Of a stretch of DNA of 64,000 bases, positions 35,820 to 56,238 are shown piece by piece (the stretch's first letter is position 1; every line of letters begins with the position of its first letter). Source of the stretch: Macrostomum hystrix (lineage: Eukaryota; Animalia; Platyhelminthes); the NCBI GenBank assembly GCA_950097015.1, contig CATNEN010000030.1, positions 4,464,001-4,528,000 on the forward strand, in the 5' to 3' direction. The notes beneath the pieces are model-generated. The model did not search any database, was not told where the DNA came from, and saw only the letters and a list, made by a program, of their open reading frames with translations. The translations under genes were made by a program, and so were the position numbers.

Positions 35820-38800
35820 ATGGTATTGAGCATGGCCAACTATAGCAACTTGCTGGCGAACTCAAGCCAGAATAGGCACTGGCCGACAACCTACAACTGG
35901 GCCTACCTGTCCCTGTACAGCATCCCCGCTCTGACCGTGTGGGGCAACGTTCTTGTCTGCGTCAGCGTCTTTGTGGAGTCGCGTCTTCGCAGCCGCTTCA
36001 ATTCGTTTCTGGTGTCGCTTGCAATCAGCGACCTGCTGTGCGCTGTGCTGGTCATGCCCGTGTCCGCGCTCAAAATGATTCACGGTGAGCTGACGCCATG
36101 CCCACCAGAATTTCTACTCCAGCTTATTCTCGTACCCATTTCCCAGCTGGCTGAACAGATGAAATGGGAAATTAACTGTTTTGCACAACAATACGATTCG
36201 ATTGATCTACCGACAGCAGAAATGGACCAACGAAGCCAGCGAAAATCGCCATTGCGATCATTTCCCATAGGCTCAAATTTTGCAAGTGTCGACTTATGCA
36301 TTAGATAATCCTACGAGTACAAGCCTACTAGCCTATTAGCCAATTCCTCTGAGCTTTAGCCAATTAATTTCAGCTTTAGGGTATGACAAATTTCAGAAAA
36401 TTCTAACATTAGGCTGTCAGGAATTGAAAAAATTAAATGCCTGACCGGACAATCTGAAAAGAATTGCTAAAGAAAGGAAGATTTTAATCTTTAAATGGCT
36501 GGAAAGACTACTGCCCCCTAATTACTAATTGATCATAAAGCTAATTGAAAGCTCTTCTTCTGATTAAAGGTTCTATTAAATATTAATTTAAGTGACAGCG
36601 TCTTTGTTTCTTTTCTGTTGGAATTCTCGCCGTTATTAATTATAAAAAGCTGCTATCTGCTTTTTCTGTGATCCTTTCTTTTAAAAAGCTCGCATACCAT
36701 TTGAAAGAAAAAAAATGGTTTAAATCTAACGGGTAGTCAGAAAATACATCCGGGGCACAATAAATGACTAGGATACACGATAGGACCAGCTTCACATGGT
36801 CGGAAAAAACAGTGCGACTCAGGCCCAGTGCGATCGAATCACAGCTGGGAGTGCGACCGTACCATAGTGCGACCGTACCATAGTGCGACCGTACCACAGT
36901 GCGACCGTGTACCAAAGTGCGGCCCTACCACAGTCATTGTGCCACGGAGCGACTGTAGCACAATAAATGCACGTTGGTGGAGTTCGACAGAAAGACAAAG
37001 AGTTTCTTCCTGTGGCTGTGAATGAACTCATTGCTTGATCGGGTATCATAGCTGCCTCTAGATTCTGTTGCTCGAGCTAAAAAATCAAACGGATTCGCCG
37101 GATTTAACAAACAAATTGGGCTAGCCTCAGAATGAGCCTCTCGAATAAAACCGGACTCAGCTGAGCCCAGCTGAGCCACCTTGAGCTGAAATTGCACGCG
37201 GGCTGTGTCCCCATTGTGAAGCATTTAGTAAGCATTCTAGATGCGGAGGGCAGTGAGTAGAAATGTTGATATGGGGAAAAGATGTTGTATATAAAGCCAC
37301 TCGGAGCCGGATTAGCCGATAATCCGCAGCCTGAGAGTTGGGCCCACCGGCTTGTGAAAGGCGGCTCTTTATTTCGGGAATTATCCTTTTTCGTTTTTGA
37401 TCAAACCGGATACTTGTCGGGCGAACCGTTGGTGAATAAATGAATGCGGCTGGGAAGAGGTCACCCTGGGATAATCCGAACTGACTCATAGCACCTTGCA
37501 GTGAGACTGTGCGAATTTATGCAGAGGGAAAAGAGAGAAATTTAACGGGATGAGCATTCCGCAGTGGACGATAGGTAAATCAACTCAATGCAGGCGGACA
37601 GACAGTTTTAACTCGATATCTGTGTTTATCATAGCCCTGTGCTTTTGTCTTATCGATGGTTGGTGGTGGCATGTGCCATTTACACCTGGCATGACCCCAT
37701 GACTTCCTGTATGATCTTACTGACAGCGCAGAACAAAGAATTTAACAAAGTCATCAATCTCCTAAATGAAAAGTGAAGCAACCCGATATTCTATCTAAAC
37801 TCCTTAGGAACAGGAACTTAAGTGTATCGAACGAACATTGAGCTAGCTGGCTGTGCAGGTCCGGCCCTCGTAGAAATGCAGCGACGCTGACAGCTCAGAT
37901 AAAGAGGCGGTCTTCATCTGGAGCCAGACCCTGAGCATGCAGGGCCAGCAAAGTGTAATAGACACGACAGCAGCCGCGCTGATGCAGCTTGGGCAGTGCA
38001 GCGGCTAACTGGCCACTTTGGCCTCCCTGACGGCTTTAATTAAGCTCCAGTCCGCCTGTCCGCAGATTCCTCTCTATCATCTGCCTCACCTCTCTGCTCT
38101 CCGGGACAGTGAGTGAGCCGCGCATGTCTCCACAGATCGAGCTGGTCGAAGCCGTGCATGCCGGGCTGCCTGTTAGTTGCACTTCTGTCCAATTAAGTAC
38201 GACGGGAGGGCGTTGAGATTCTCTTTTAAGGCTGTTCAGTATAGAAACACTTCTGTAAGCCTGAACCTGGTTAGGAACATAAAATTAATGTTAATTACTA
38301 ATATGTTTATGATTGTAAACCGTGATTGACTTTTGACATTGTCAAGTCAGAAAGCTCTGAACTATTTATTGCCTATTCATGCTGAGAAATACTAAACTAT
38401 TTAAATTGTATTCAGGTAGGAAAATCATGACAATTTCTAGTCTCTAGACCCGCTACTTTGATCTAGACACTCGCTCTGCATCTTGCTACTTTGCAACAAA
38501 GACAGTTAGGAATTTAGATCTGTTAGACCCCGTTGCCAAAGCGTTCAGTTAATTAGGGCTCAGTCGGTCACTAAGAGCCGCACTCCCTCAGTGCTCACTG
38601 GAGCTTCACGATTCTCTCATACTAGCTACCCATGCAACCATCGAATGGCAACTCTTAAACTCTTTTCCCTGCCCCGTGATAGATTGGACAAACCACACGA
38701 CATTTAACCATTTTCTTCTGTATGATTGACTGAGCCAACTTTTGAACCATCCTTAAACCTCTGCTATTGGCTGCGTTGGAACCATACGAATTCGAACCCA

Positions 38801-41800
38801 AGCGCTTTAAGCAATTATTTTCTAATCAAGAGTCGATATTTGGCCTGCACCTTTCGTCCATTTCGGGTTTGCCAGTAATTTAAACAGCCAACGGCTATGA
38901 GAAGGGTGCCTAATCTCCCTGCTTTCTCATATCTATCATCTAAGTTTTCTTTAGTCGCTGCTAAAACTTCTTTAATCATTCTGGGGGATGCTTCCTCCCC
39001 CGATGTTCGGAGCACGAGAAGGCAGGTCTGCTTGAAGCCCTGCTGGCTGCACCGCCGCTGCCCAAGCCTTAGCCGTTGGCCCTCACCAACACAGTGTCAC
39101 ACTCTAGAGAGATTATTGCGCGATTTTTTGCGACTTCCACCCTCCCGCCGAGCTCCCCGCTGGCTGAACGCAGCTCATTCTCCCCCAGCCTCTGAGCAAT
39201 CCGAAGCAGTGCTCACACTGATAAGATGGAGCCAGTAAGTGAGACATACAGTGAGAGAGGACTAATATTGGACCGAAGAGGGGCGGCCCTGAGGCACCCA
39301 GCTGTAGCTCGTAGCCTTAGCTGCATCTCATTTACAGCTGAAAATTACAGCCAGTCTAATTCGAGAGCGCGGTCGCCAAATACACTCGAGCCAAATACAC
39401 TACGGCAACGCGCGGGTTGGGCTTACATCGAAATTGAATTCCAACGCGCTAGTCCTAATGGGAATTGGCAGTTGTTTTAACTAGAGGTAACGAGCAAAGG
39501 TGGTTTGCCGCATATTGCCAGTAACTAAAAGAATGTAGCCTCACTTTAATTATTGAGTGTTTCATGCAACAGTCACAAAGTAAATTATTAAATTAACTTC
39601 GTAACAAAGGCGGTGTCTGGTGGGGGTATGGGCTGAGTGACGGGAGTCTCTGCCGTTTTCGAATGAGTTTTTGGGACATTCGAGGATAAATTATTAGCCC
39701 TGTTTCAGAAGCGGAGATGATGGACAGTATTAAAAGGCCAGTTCTCTACTCGCTCCTTTGTTCTGGATTCCCGAGTGAGAAATTTCATCTTTGGAGAAGG
39801 CCTTGGGGCATTCAGTTCATATTGGGAGCTTCGGCTGTTCACTCGCTGCTTGCGGTCCTGGGCAGACACGGCCCCAATAGGCTGCTCATTCAGCTGGTGC
39901 TTCCTGAAAAGACTCGGGCAGCCGGGCCAGACGCATTGAGAGGCTTGTTGAACAATGAGCAGGTAGCTACCTCAGCCTCTACTTGCAACCTCTGCTCTCT
40001 TGATCGGACTGGAATGATCGATGGTTTTTTGGTCCCGGTTGCAAATAAGTAGTTAATTATGCGATGGTCTGACCCAGAGCGCAAAAACAGGGACGGCTGA
40101 ATCCTACGAGTATTTATCCCATGCCACCCTTGTCCCCGTTATAACTTGTCTGCAGCTTCACTTTCGTGAACTCTTTTCGGCTTTGGCGGTCCGCCCCTAT
40201 AGTCATTCAGTGGTTAAAGGCTATTCCGCGTGATGGCTTAGATTTGACGACTGTGATTTCCTGGAACGGGGCCGCCTGCCACGCAGGGCAAAATCTGACC
40301 TGACTGCTCTCTGACACTGCTTTGACTTTCACTGCAGTTCGCGGGAAAAAGCAATCAGCCTAACGAGCACATCTCTATGGCTTAGCAACGGAAGCTTGAC
40401 GTTGGATACAGAGTCTAGTTAAATGCTCCAGCGAGCTGACATCTGCACATTGCATTTTGTACTGTTTGTATTTTGATAGAAAATGATTACATTATAAAAA
40501 GTGTGCACTTTAGAAATCTGAATGCCCTTATTCATAGCTGATAAAGCTAGACTGAATATACAAGGGTTCTGGGATTTTTATAAACCTTTTGGCATCTGAA
40601 TACGAATTCCCATCCGACGATCCCCAAATTTTAGGCGGCATGAATCGCATTCCCAGGAACATCTGCCTCGTGTGGTACAGCCTGGACGTATTTTTCACCT
40701 CGTCGACAATAATCCACCTCTGCACGATCTCAATCGACCGCTACTTTGCGCTTAACAATCCGCTGAAGTATCACAGGCAGAAGCGGAAGTCCGCACTGGT
40801 GGCGAAGATTCTCTGCGCCTGGCTCATTCCGTTCTCCATCGCTGGGCCGCTGTTCATGTTCGCCCTATGGCTAGACAAAACTGACGAAGATTCATTCAAG
40901 GGCTGCGGTCCGCACAATGCCTACTTCATCATCATCGCGACTGTGGTGACTTTCTACTTGCCACTGCTTATCATGACTGTCACCTACGTACTTACCGTGA
41001 GCACCATCATTGAGCAGACAAAAAATGCCAGAGACTTAAACGCTTCGCTTCTGCCTCTGGTTGTGCGGCCCAGTGCACAAGCGTTCGGCCTAAAACAGCT
41101 ACAGCTTCAGCAACAGCAACAGCAGCAGCGGAAGCAGGCGCTGATTGTCAGCCGCCAGTCCAGCATGAACAGCCTTGCCAGCCCGTCGGTCGCTTTAAGG
41201 ACTGCGACTTCTGGTTCTGGGACTTCGGCTTCTACCAACGAGGGTGTCGGTGTCAGCGGCCATGGAGGTGGTAATTCTGACGCCACAACTTCATCTCGTC
41301 GTCTACTTCTTTCACCGTCTCCCAGCCAGCGATCAGGCGCGGCAACCTCTAGGATCTCGCTGGAGCCACCACTGAGCCCTATCGACCGCCGACAGTGCTC
41401 TCGGAGGCACTCCAGCAAGAGGCACCCTAATGAGAGGCACTCCAGCAAGAGGCACCCTAATGAGAGGCACTCCAGCGAGAGGCACTCTAGCGAGAGGCAC
41501 TCTAGCGAGAGGCACTCTAGCGAGAGGCACTCTACTAAAAAGCACTCCAGCAGCGAGAGGCACTCCAGCGTATTGGAAATCGGTGCTGCTTCCTCAGCTT
41601 CCGTGCCCCCAGCCACCTTAGCCGGCACCGCTGCGGACTCTCAGTGCCAGCTGAGCCGCCGGTTAAGCCGCTCCGAAAATGGACTCAGCGCGAGTTGCTT
41701 AGATGGCGCCAGTAACGAGGTATCGCGATTGCTGCGCGTGCCCAGCCGTGTCTCCGTGAGCTCGATGTACTCAGACGACGGCATGCTGCCGCCTGAGCAA

Positions 41801-42253
41801 GAGAAGAAGCCGCGCCGTCGCAGCAACAGCCTGTCAAGTTGCGGCACCAGAAAGAAGCTCAGCTTCACCATCGTGACAGAGAACGCCAAGAAGACGTTTA
41901 AGCCGACCACGACCGAGCAGAAGAAGCGCATGGACTACATCCACCGGGGCTCGAAGGCTGTGCAGGTTCTGGGCATTCTCTTTGGCCTATTTGTCGCCTG
42001 CTACCTGCCATTTTTCATAGCCTACCTTGTGGACTATTTCTGCGCCAGGTGCCAGGTGTACACACCCACCGTGGTGCCCATACTGGAGTGGGTGGCCTAC
42101 AGCGCCTCGATGCTGAACCCGATTGTGTATCACTTTTTCAATCCGACCTTTCGCAAAACCTTCCACCGCCTAATGCGCTGCCATTGTCAACGCTACGGTT
42201 CGGGCAAGCAGCCCAATTACGTGTTTGCGTACAAGATAGGCCGTCCAGCCTGA
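35820..42253 (+). CDS. Biogenic-amine GPCR, 5-HT2-like; 2 exons, ~627 aa
   Basis: Exons 35820-36084 and 40635-42253 (phase-1 GT..AG intron of 4550 bp). GNVLV, SLAISD, WYSLDVFF (D3.32), DRY, FYLPLLIM..Y, KAVQVLGI, NPIVY; closest in motif pattern to 5-HT2. Confidence 0.88.
36851..36932. repeat. 16-bp tandem repeat, ~5 copies, in the receptor intron
   Basis: Unit GTGCGACCGTACCATA. Confidence 0.85.
41402..41569 (+). repeat. Coding 15-bp minisatellite (ERHSS/KRHPN), 11 units, in intracellular loop 3
   Basis: GAGAGGCACTCYAGC units in frame with the receptor ORF. Confidence 0.95.
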
Positions 42254-42870
42254 AGTTTCGGAAGCCTGAAACCTGAACATCGCCGAAGACATCTATCCAT
42301 TGTGTTCTTTATTTTCGTAAGGGCTAAGCTTAGATTGCGACTAATCCAACAATGCAACTAGCTTGCTGTTGTAAGCGTCCGCAATAAAATAACGCCATTT
42401 TACCCGTTTTGTTTCCGCATTCTCAGTGTCCAAGAACTGCCCAATTTTTATACATTCGTCTTTGTTTAACTCATGTCGAGTCTAGATTGTGTGCTTAGCT
42501 TAGAAAAGTTTTTGTTGACATACGAGCGTAATACGAGCGTATAGAAGCACCCCATGTTATGTGACATTGATGTAAAAGTAATTGAATACCTTGCGACCTC
42601 ATCATTCAGTTGATCGGATATAAACTTTTTGCCTCACGCATGTCCCTAAAAGATAAACTCGATGGCTTACTGTGTCCTCTTCTAGCTCTTACATGCCATT
42701 TTGTTACTTGCGTATCCGCAAGTCGCTGACTCGTTGTAACTTGAATCGTTGTAAAATAAACCTTGTTTGGGAAGTACAGAACTGCATCCAGCTACTTTAT
42801 TCCCGCGTCCAAAAACACCGATCAATTTCTACCGTTTCAGGACGCCTTACACCGGCGTTGAATATGAACT

Positions 42871-43510
42871 AAATTCAACTGGTCCTCAAACCCAGTCTGA
42901 TTCCCGCCGTGTCCTGAAACCTAGCCAAAATCCCACCTAGTCCTCAAACCTAGCATCAATTGCACCTGGTCCTTAAAGCCTGGTCTGAATCCCACCTGGT
43001 CCTCAAACCTAGCCACAATTCCACCTGGTCCTCAAACCTAGCCACAATTCCACCTGGTCCTCAAACCTAGCCTTAATCCCACTTGGTCCTCAAAACCTGA
43101 CTGAATCCCACCTGGTCCTCAAAACCTGACTGAATCCCACCTGGTCCTCAAAACCTGACTGAATCCCACCTGGTCCTCAAAACCTGACTGAATCCCACCC
43201 GGTCCTCAAAACCTGACTGAATCCCACCTGGTCCTTAAACCTAGCCTCAATTCCACCTGGTCCTCAAACCCGGTTTGAATCCCATCTGGTCCTCAAACCC
43301 GGTTTGAATCCCATCTGGTCCTCAAACCCAGTCTAAATCCCACCTGGTGCTCAAAACCTAGCCTTAATCCCACCTGGTCCTCAAACCCTAAACCCCACCT
43401 GGTCCTCAAACCCTGAATCCCACCTGGTCCTCAAATCCTGAATCCCACCTGGTCCTCAAACCATGAATCCCACGTGGTCCTGGAACCCGACCTGAATCCC
43501 ACGGGTCCAC
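42871..43510. repeat. ~29-bp minisatellite, >20 copies, shortening to ~25 bp distally
   Basis: Core AATCCCACCTGGTCCTCAAA. Confidence 0.9.
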
Positions 43511-44821
43511 ATAATATCAAACCTGGTCCTCCAAACCGATCCCGATCTTCCGTCCCATAGCAACCAATCACGCAGGCTACATGCGTTTAGCTTTTGTGTA
43601 CAAGTTGCTTAAAATATAATTGTCAACGTATACTCAGCTAGGAAATCAATGATTTTCCGATTTAGCTTCTAGCCAGGTTTCTTGGCGGACTGTGGCCTGA
43701 TTTTGGGACAGCTCTAGGCGATGCAGAGATGTCCAAGACCTTCTTTTCCATGGAATAGAGACGGCACGAAACAAGTTCAGGGGTCATAAATAGATTTAAG
43801 AGGTCAAGATGCAGCCCACAATGATACAGTGCGCCTACATCAGTTTTAGCTTTGTGTGGTAGTAGCTCGGGCTCGTTAGTGCACTCTGAACTGAAATATC
43901 ACTTGCTAGATAAGGAAGCCTCGAATAGTTAACGTTAAAATTTTCGGTATTCGAGGCTCTATTTTTGGAACCTGAGGGGGGAATTCTGAGACGAAAGCTT
44001 TTTTGTTTCGCACTGATGTCCATAGTTTTGTTATTATAATGAGGTGTGCTAAAATCAATATGGTTCCTAGAAATTGTTTATTTAATTTATACCCACGAAG
44101 ACTAGAGTGAATGCAGGTAAGCAGTATTTTCAACCATCAGAAAACCAGAAGTTGCCCTGAATTTCTACAATTAAAACGGTGAAATTAACTCCACAGAAAT
44201 CCAAGTGCTCTGTGCTAATCTATACCTAAGCCTTATGTACGATGCATTACACATTATTAAAATTCGCCTCTCTCGGCTCAAAAGAAGTACTTACTGTTAT
44301 AAGCTAGCCAAAGGCGGATGGAGCGGCTCTCGCTTAAAAACGGAGTCGCCCAACCACTTAAGCAGGCACCCAACAGCATGCTTGTATGACACTTTCAATA
44401 ATGAACTCCCTTAGTCGCCCCTGCAGCTCCGACATTGCTAATAGAGTGTGTAATAAGATCGATGGCCCTGCCTGTCACCAGTTCTGGCTGGCTTGTATTC
44501 AGGATGTAGGTCAGCGGGAGATGAGCGCCTGGGACTCTGCTACTTCTCTCTTGTCTGCAGGCATCAGGTAGCTGCGTGGATTAAAAAAACGCTTTGCTTA
44601 TATTCCCTAGCTTGTTGCTTGCCATTTTTATCCCTCGCAGAGCGCAACTCCCAGATTTTCGCATGATAGGGACCAGAGGATCTTATTCACTTAAATCTCA
44701 GACCCGCATTCTTTCCCTCAGCTGCGCGCATATCAAATGCTGAGCTGTGTGCACTCATGCAGCCTGCGCAGATCTTATACTCGTATCACTACGCAGCCCG
44801 AAGTGTTCGGCAGTGGCAGGA

Positions 44822-44940
44822 CTGGCAGATCTGTACAGTCTCGATGAAGGGCTGGAAGATTTGTACAGCCACGATGAAAGACAGGTAGATCTGAACAGTC
44901 ACGTTGAAGAACTGGCAGACCTGATCAGTCCCTGTGAAGG
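44822..44940. repeat. Degenerate 30-bp tandem repeat, 4 copies
   Basis: CTGGCAGATCTGTACAGTCTCGATGAAGGG-like units. Confidence 0.7.
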
Positions 44941-45480
44941 ACCCGTCATATAAAAAATATAACTACCAATAACGATAGTAGTAAAATGTGAATAAAAAAT
45001 GTCGAGAATCGCTAATTATTATGTTAGCATGGCCACAGAATGAGCTGTTAGACATGACATAAGCTGGTTTCCATTAAGCCCTTGATTTCAGCACGCATTA
45101 TCAAGCAAGACACAAGCAAGCAAGAGAAGTTATGCAGCATGACGATGCTATCACAGGAGAATCTCCGCGGCCGCTGTAAGCAGATTGCACAGCTTGAAAA
45201 GTGTTGATTGCACGCTTGGATACATCATGCCGAAGGTAATTGACAAATAATAAGCAATTTAAATAGCGCTTTTGGCCAAACTGGTACGTGCATTATAGCT
45301 TTCATTCGTTAGATGCATGCTCGTGAAGCAAATACAGAAACTATACCTAATAAGCTCTTGTGAAAATAGAATACAGACGTTGAAAATCAAGGCCAATTTA
45401 ATTGTACTTCCGATGGAAGCAGTTCATATGAGATTGCGGTGCAGTTCTGAAATTGATCATAATCCCCATAGACTGCTATG

Positions 45481-45903
45481 AGGGTGCAGTGAGCCACTGA
45501 CGGGCAAGGGGAGTGTGCAGTGAGCCACTGACGGGCAAGGGGAGTGTGCAGTGAGCCACTGACGGGCAAGGGGAGTGTGCAGTGAGCCACTGGCAGGCCT
45601 GGGGAGGGTGCAGTGAGACACTGGCAGGCCTGGGGAGGGTGCAGTGAGCCACTGACGGGCAAGGGGAGTGTGCAATGAGCCACTGACGGGCAAGGGGAGT
45701 GTGCAGTGAGCCACTGACGGGCAAGGGGAGTGTGCAGTGAGCCACTGACGGGCAAGGGGAGTGTGCAGTGAGACACTGGCAGGCCTGGGGAGGGTGCAGT
45801 GAGCCACTGACGGGCCTGGGGAGGGTGCGGTGAGACACTGACGGGCCTGGGGAGGGTGCGGTGAGACACTGGCAGGCCAGGGGAGGGTGCGGTGAGACAC
45901 TGG
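45481..45903. repeat. 31-bp minisatellite with two interleaved variants, ~13.5 copies
   Basis: GTGCAGTGAGCCACTGACGGGCAAGGGGAGT and GTGCAGTGAGACACTGGCAGGCCTGGGGAGG. Confidence 0.95.
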
Positions 45904-46930
45904 CTGAATCGCTAATACGCTCGTAATAACACAAATGCATGTAAACGATAGTTGTAATCTGGAATTAGGAAAAGACTAAGAATATGAGAGACTAAAAGGT
46001 ACGGAACTTAAAGCTACCGAAAATTGAACAACAGTTACAGTTAAAACTAATTATATGACTAAACAGCTACAGCATAACAAATGTGTTTCATCGTATTAAC
46101 GGTAGTTGGAGATAACAAATGCTTTAAGTTAAAGTACAATGTACGCTAGTACAATGTACGCGCTTTGGACGGACCTGGAACACGAGTTTTGTGGTGTTTA
46201 GACCAGTACTTTTAATGGTGGCTTGAACTGGTCGAGTCGAAGGATCATCCTGGGGATGTGGGTCGAAGGATGATCTTCGGGAAGAGGGAAGAAAACATTG
46301 TACGTAAAAGAACTACCGAGATGTATTGCGCTTATGTGAGTTGAGATAATAATGTGAGAAAATACGAAACATTTGTTTTAAGCAAGGTAAGTACAAACCA
46401 TTGACGAATGGAAGACTTTGCAGTCTGTATGGCAACAAAAACATGAACATACGCCTCATATAGCTGATAAAAGTCAGTAGGTAGTTAAGATTGCTTTTAT
46501 CACCAAGAAGGCGAATTTTTGTGACCGGTGAGTGAACGGCTGCGAATGAAAGGGTTTAGTAAAGTATGCTCCCTTGCAGAAATAAAAATAAAAACTAATT
46601 TTACGCTTGAAGTAAAAGTTAATGCTTATAGTGTTAATACTTGTGGCGCGCATTTCAAACAATAATCTAATAAGCCATAGCGAAGGACACTGGCAACTAA
46701 AGTACACAAAAATAAGTTCGATATTATCAGTCTGGTATTGACATTAGTCAACAAAAAAGAGACTGTAAGTGTGCAACTACACAGTTTGTAAATTCTATTT
46801 GAAAGCAGCAAAAGCCAGCACCATAATAGTATATATAAGAACTATTTACAAGCGAGCGACTATGCAAAGCATACTCGAGCTGCGGCTTGCTAATCAGTTA
46901 TACTAATAGACCAGGGAGATCAGATATAGA

Positions 46931-53903
<6,973 letters not shown>

Positions 53904-54669
53904 TGGTGCAACAATTTGTCCTGCAGCGAATGCTGCGGGCTATATTACAGCAATTATGGACATGTTATGAAAAATAGTTTTACATGCACATACTTATTAA
54001 TCAATTTAGATATATATACAACACAATACATTCTTATTGGGGTTAAACAAATAAATGAAGCATGTATGCAGCTATGTTAAAAATATATTAAAAAGTAGCA
54101 AACCCAAGCTACTATTCAATTGAATAACCTGTCTTGAACAGAAAATAAAGACAGATAGAGCCATAGCAATATAAGCCACAATAATGTTAATACTCAGTTT
54201 AGAGGTTTAAAAAACAGAAAACTAATTCAGTGTTTCTACAAGTGGCTCCAATAGTTATCATATTCCTCGTATTCCTAAATTCCTTGAAACTGTGCAGTAC
54301 AAAAAACTATAGTATACTGTAGTCAATTTTGCTTTCTGAATTTTTAATTTAATATATTGTTGTATAAGCTAGCTATTTAAAAAAATCCTTACAGACATTT
54401 AGAAAGTGAATTAGTAAAGAAATTATGTTGAATTATTAAAATTCTGACTGGTAACTAATGCTTTTAAGTCAAAGTCTTATAAAAAATAGAAAGTATGAGG
54501 GTGAATTGATAATATGCCACACTTAGGGGAACAGTTGCCATGCCCATAAGCAGCAACATTATATACATAGATACAGCAGCCATGTCCATAAGAAAGCCAA
54601 ACACCCCCCAAATTAAATACATGCTAGCATATCCTAATCCCTATAGGAAAAAGTTCAAAATCTACCTAT

Positions 54670-54956
54670 CATACATGTGCAACCTCCCAAATCTTAGCCG
54701 GCCGTGCGACTTAGTTTTTGCTCTATTTACAACTTAGTTTGCTCTCAGTTGCAACTTAGTTCATTTCATTGCTCTATTTACGACTCAGTTTGCTCCTATT
54801 TGCTCTATTTTTTCTCTCCCCTTTTTCCTCTTCTTCACGCCTTCCTTTTTTTGTCCCTTGGTCCCCCCTTTGATTTTTTTGCGCTTGGTTGATTGGTTTT
54901 TGCAACTTACCTTGCCTTGGCCCTCGTTTCACCCGGCCGGGTGTTGCGCATGTATG
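54670..54956. mobile_element. hAT-type MITE (family copy 2, inverted relative to 10232-10503)
   Basis: Same TIRs and internal sequence; TSD CTACCTAT / CTACATAT (7/8). Confidence 0.85.
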
Positions 54957-55528
54957 CTACATATAGGTGGCATCCAGTGTACTTTGGGGGAGTTTGTAAA
55001 GTGAGACAAAGTGTAAAGCATTGCTGGGTGTATTATGTACTACACTCCTATCTATTGGTATAAAAACTTGAAATTTTACTTTATACATTTTTATGTACAT
55101 GTAAGCTACAATAGACAGTGGATCATCAATTCATTGTCTTCCATTGCAGGTCTATGACTCACTTTAAATAAGTTAATTAAATCAAAATAAAACATATTAG
55201 CATGTAGTCAAGCTAATCAAGCCTTCTAATTGTTTCATGGCATACAACCAAAATGATCTATGACATCAGACTATAGACTTTAAAGCCTAATTTTTAGTTA
55301 TGTTACTTGTTGTTTCATTCTTATTCAAAATAACAGTCCTGAAAATTAGAAGGCTTTAAATAAAATAACAAATATTTCAGGCCAAAACTCTTAATTTCTT
55401 GACTATAAGCCTAGTTTTAAACAATCTTTTATAGCTAAATAGCATTAGGTCTACAATTATATTTATAACATTAATATATTTTAACTGTAATAAAATGAAA
55501 TTTAATAATATAAAGCAGCCAGACTGAA

Positions 55529-55721
55529 CAGTGGTGCAACTAGAATTCTCTGAAGGGGGCAGAGAAAGGTGAACTTAAGCAAAGGTGAATCATCCTGGAC
55601 AAATGGGGCTTAGGGGCCATTATGTGAAAAATTAGATAGGTTCCCAGATCCCCCCTATAGCCCTATCTTTTAGGTCTCCCCTGCAGAAGAGGGCAGTTGC
55701 CCATCCCTGGTTTTAACACTG
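55529..55721. mobile_element. Old hAT-like MITE
   Basis: CAGTG...CACTG ends; flanks AGACTGAA / AGACAGAG (6/8) as a degenerate TSD. Confidence 0.45.
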
Positions 55722-55753
55722 AGACAGAGACTAAACTTCAAAGAAAAGCTTTT

Positions 55754-56238
55754 GGCAATGTTCTACTTCCGTTTGTTATATATTTTTTGTTTGGAAATGA
55801 CAGATAACGACAAAAAACAAGTTTAACGGTAACAAAAAGTCAGTAGTTTGGTCACACAGTTCTGAAAAGTCTTGGTCAGTCTTTCTTCTTTCAAACTGGG
55901 TAATAGTGCCTAATCCAGAAGAGGAGGGCACCGAAGCTATTCTTTGGGTATAGACAGCACCATAAGAATTCTTCGAGGTGGCTTTTGAATAGAGCAGCAC
56001 TCATGCCATGCATTTGATGCAGCTTGGCCTTTGTGAAATCTTCAGCTGCAGAATTTCTGTGCTTTAGCTTCCTGTTCCCCCATATTTGCCAGATTTTGCC
56101 ATAGACATAGATAGATCCAAGTGTCAAGTCACTGCAGAAGCCACGTCAGCACAACTTTTTTAAACTCAGAATCCATGTGTGGCACGAATACAAACAAAAA
56201 AATAATATAGGCCTAACGAACGGAAGTAGAACATTGCC
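55754..56238 (-). mobile_element. Merlin (IS1016/IS1595-related) deletion derivative
   Basis: 25-bp TIR GGCAATGTTCTACTTCCGTTYGTTA (GGNRM start); perfect 8-bp TSD AAGCTTTT; internal minus-strand remnant G.S..LFKSHLEEFLW......F..LL..I...YPV* resembling the Merlin transposase C-terminus. Confidence 0.8.

Noticed and set aside
37100-37500. TATA- and AATAAA-containing segment in the receptor intron resembling a solo LTR
   Set aside because: No TG..CA ends, TSD or second copy identified.
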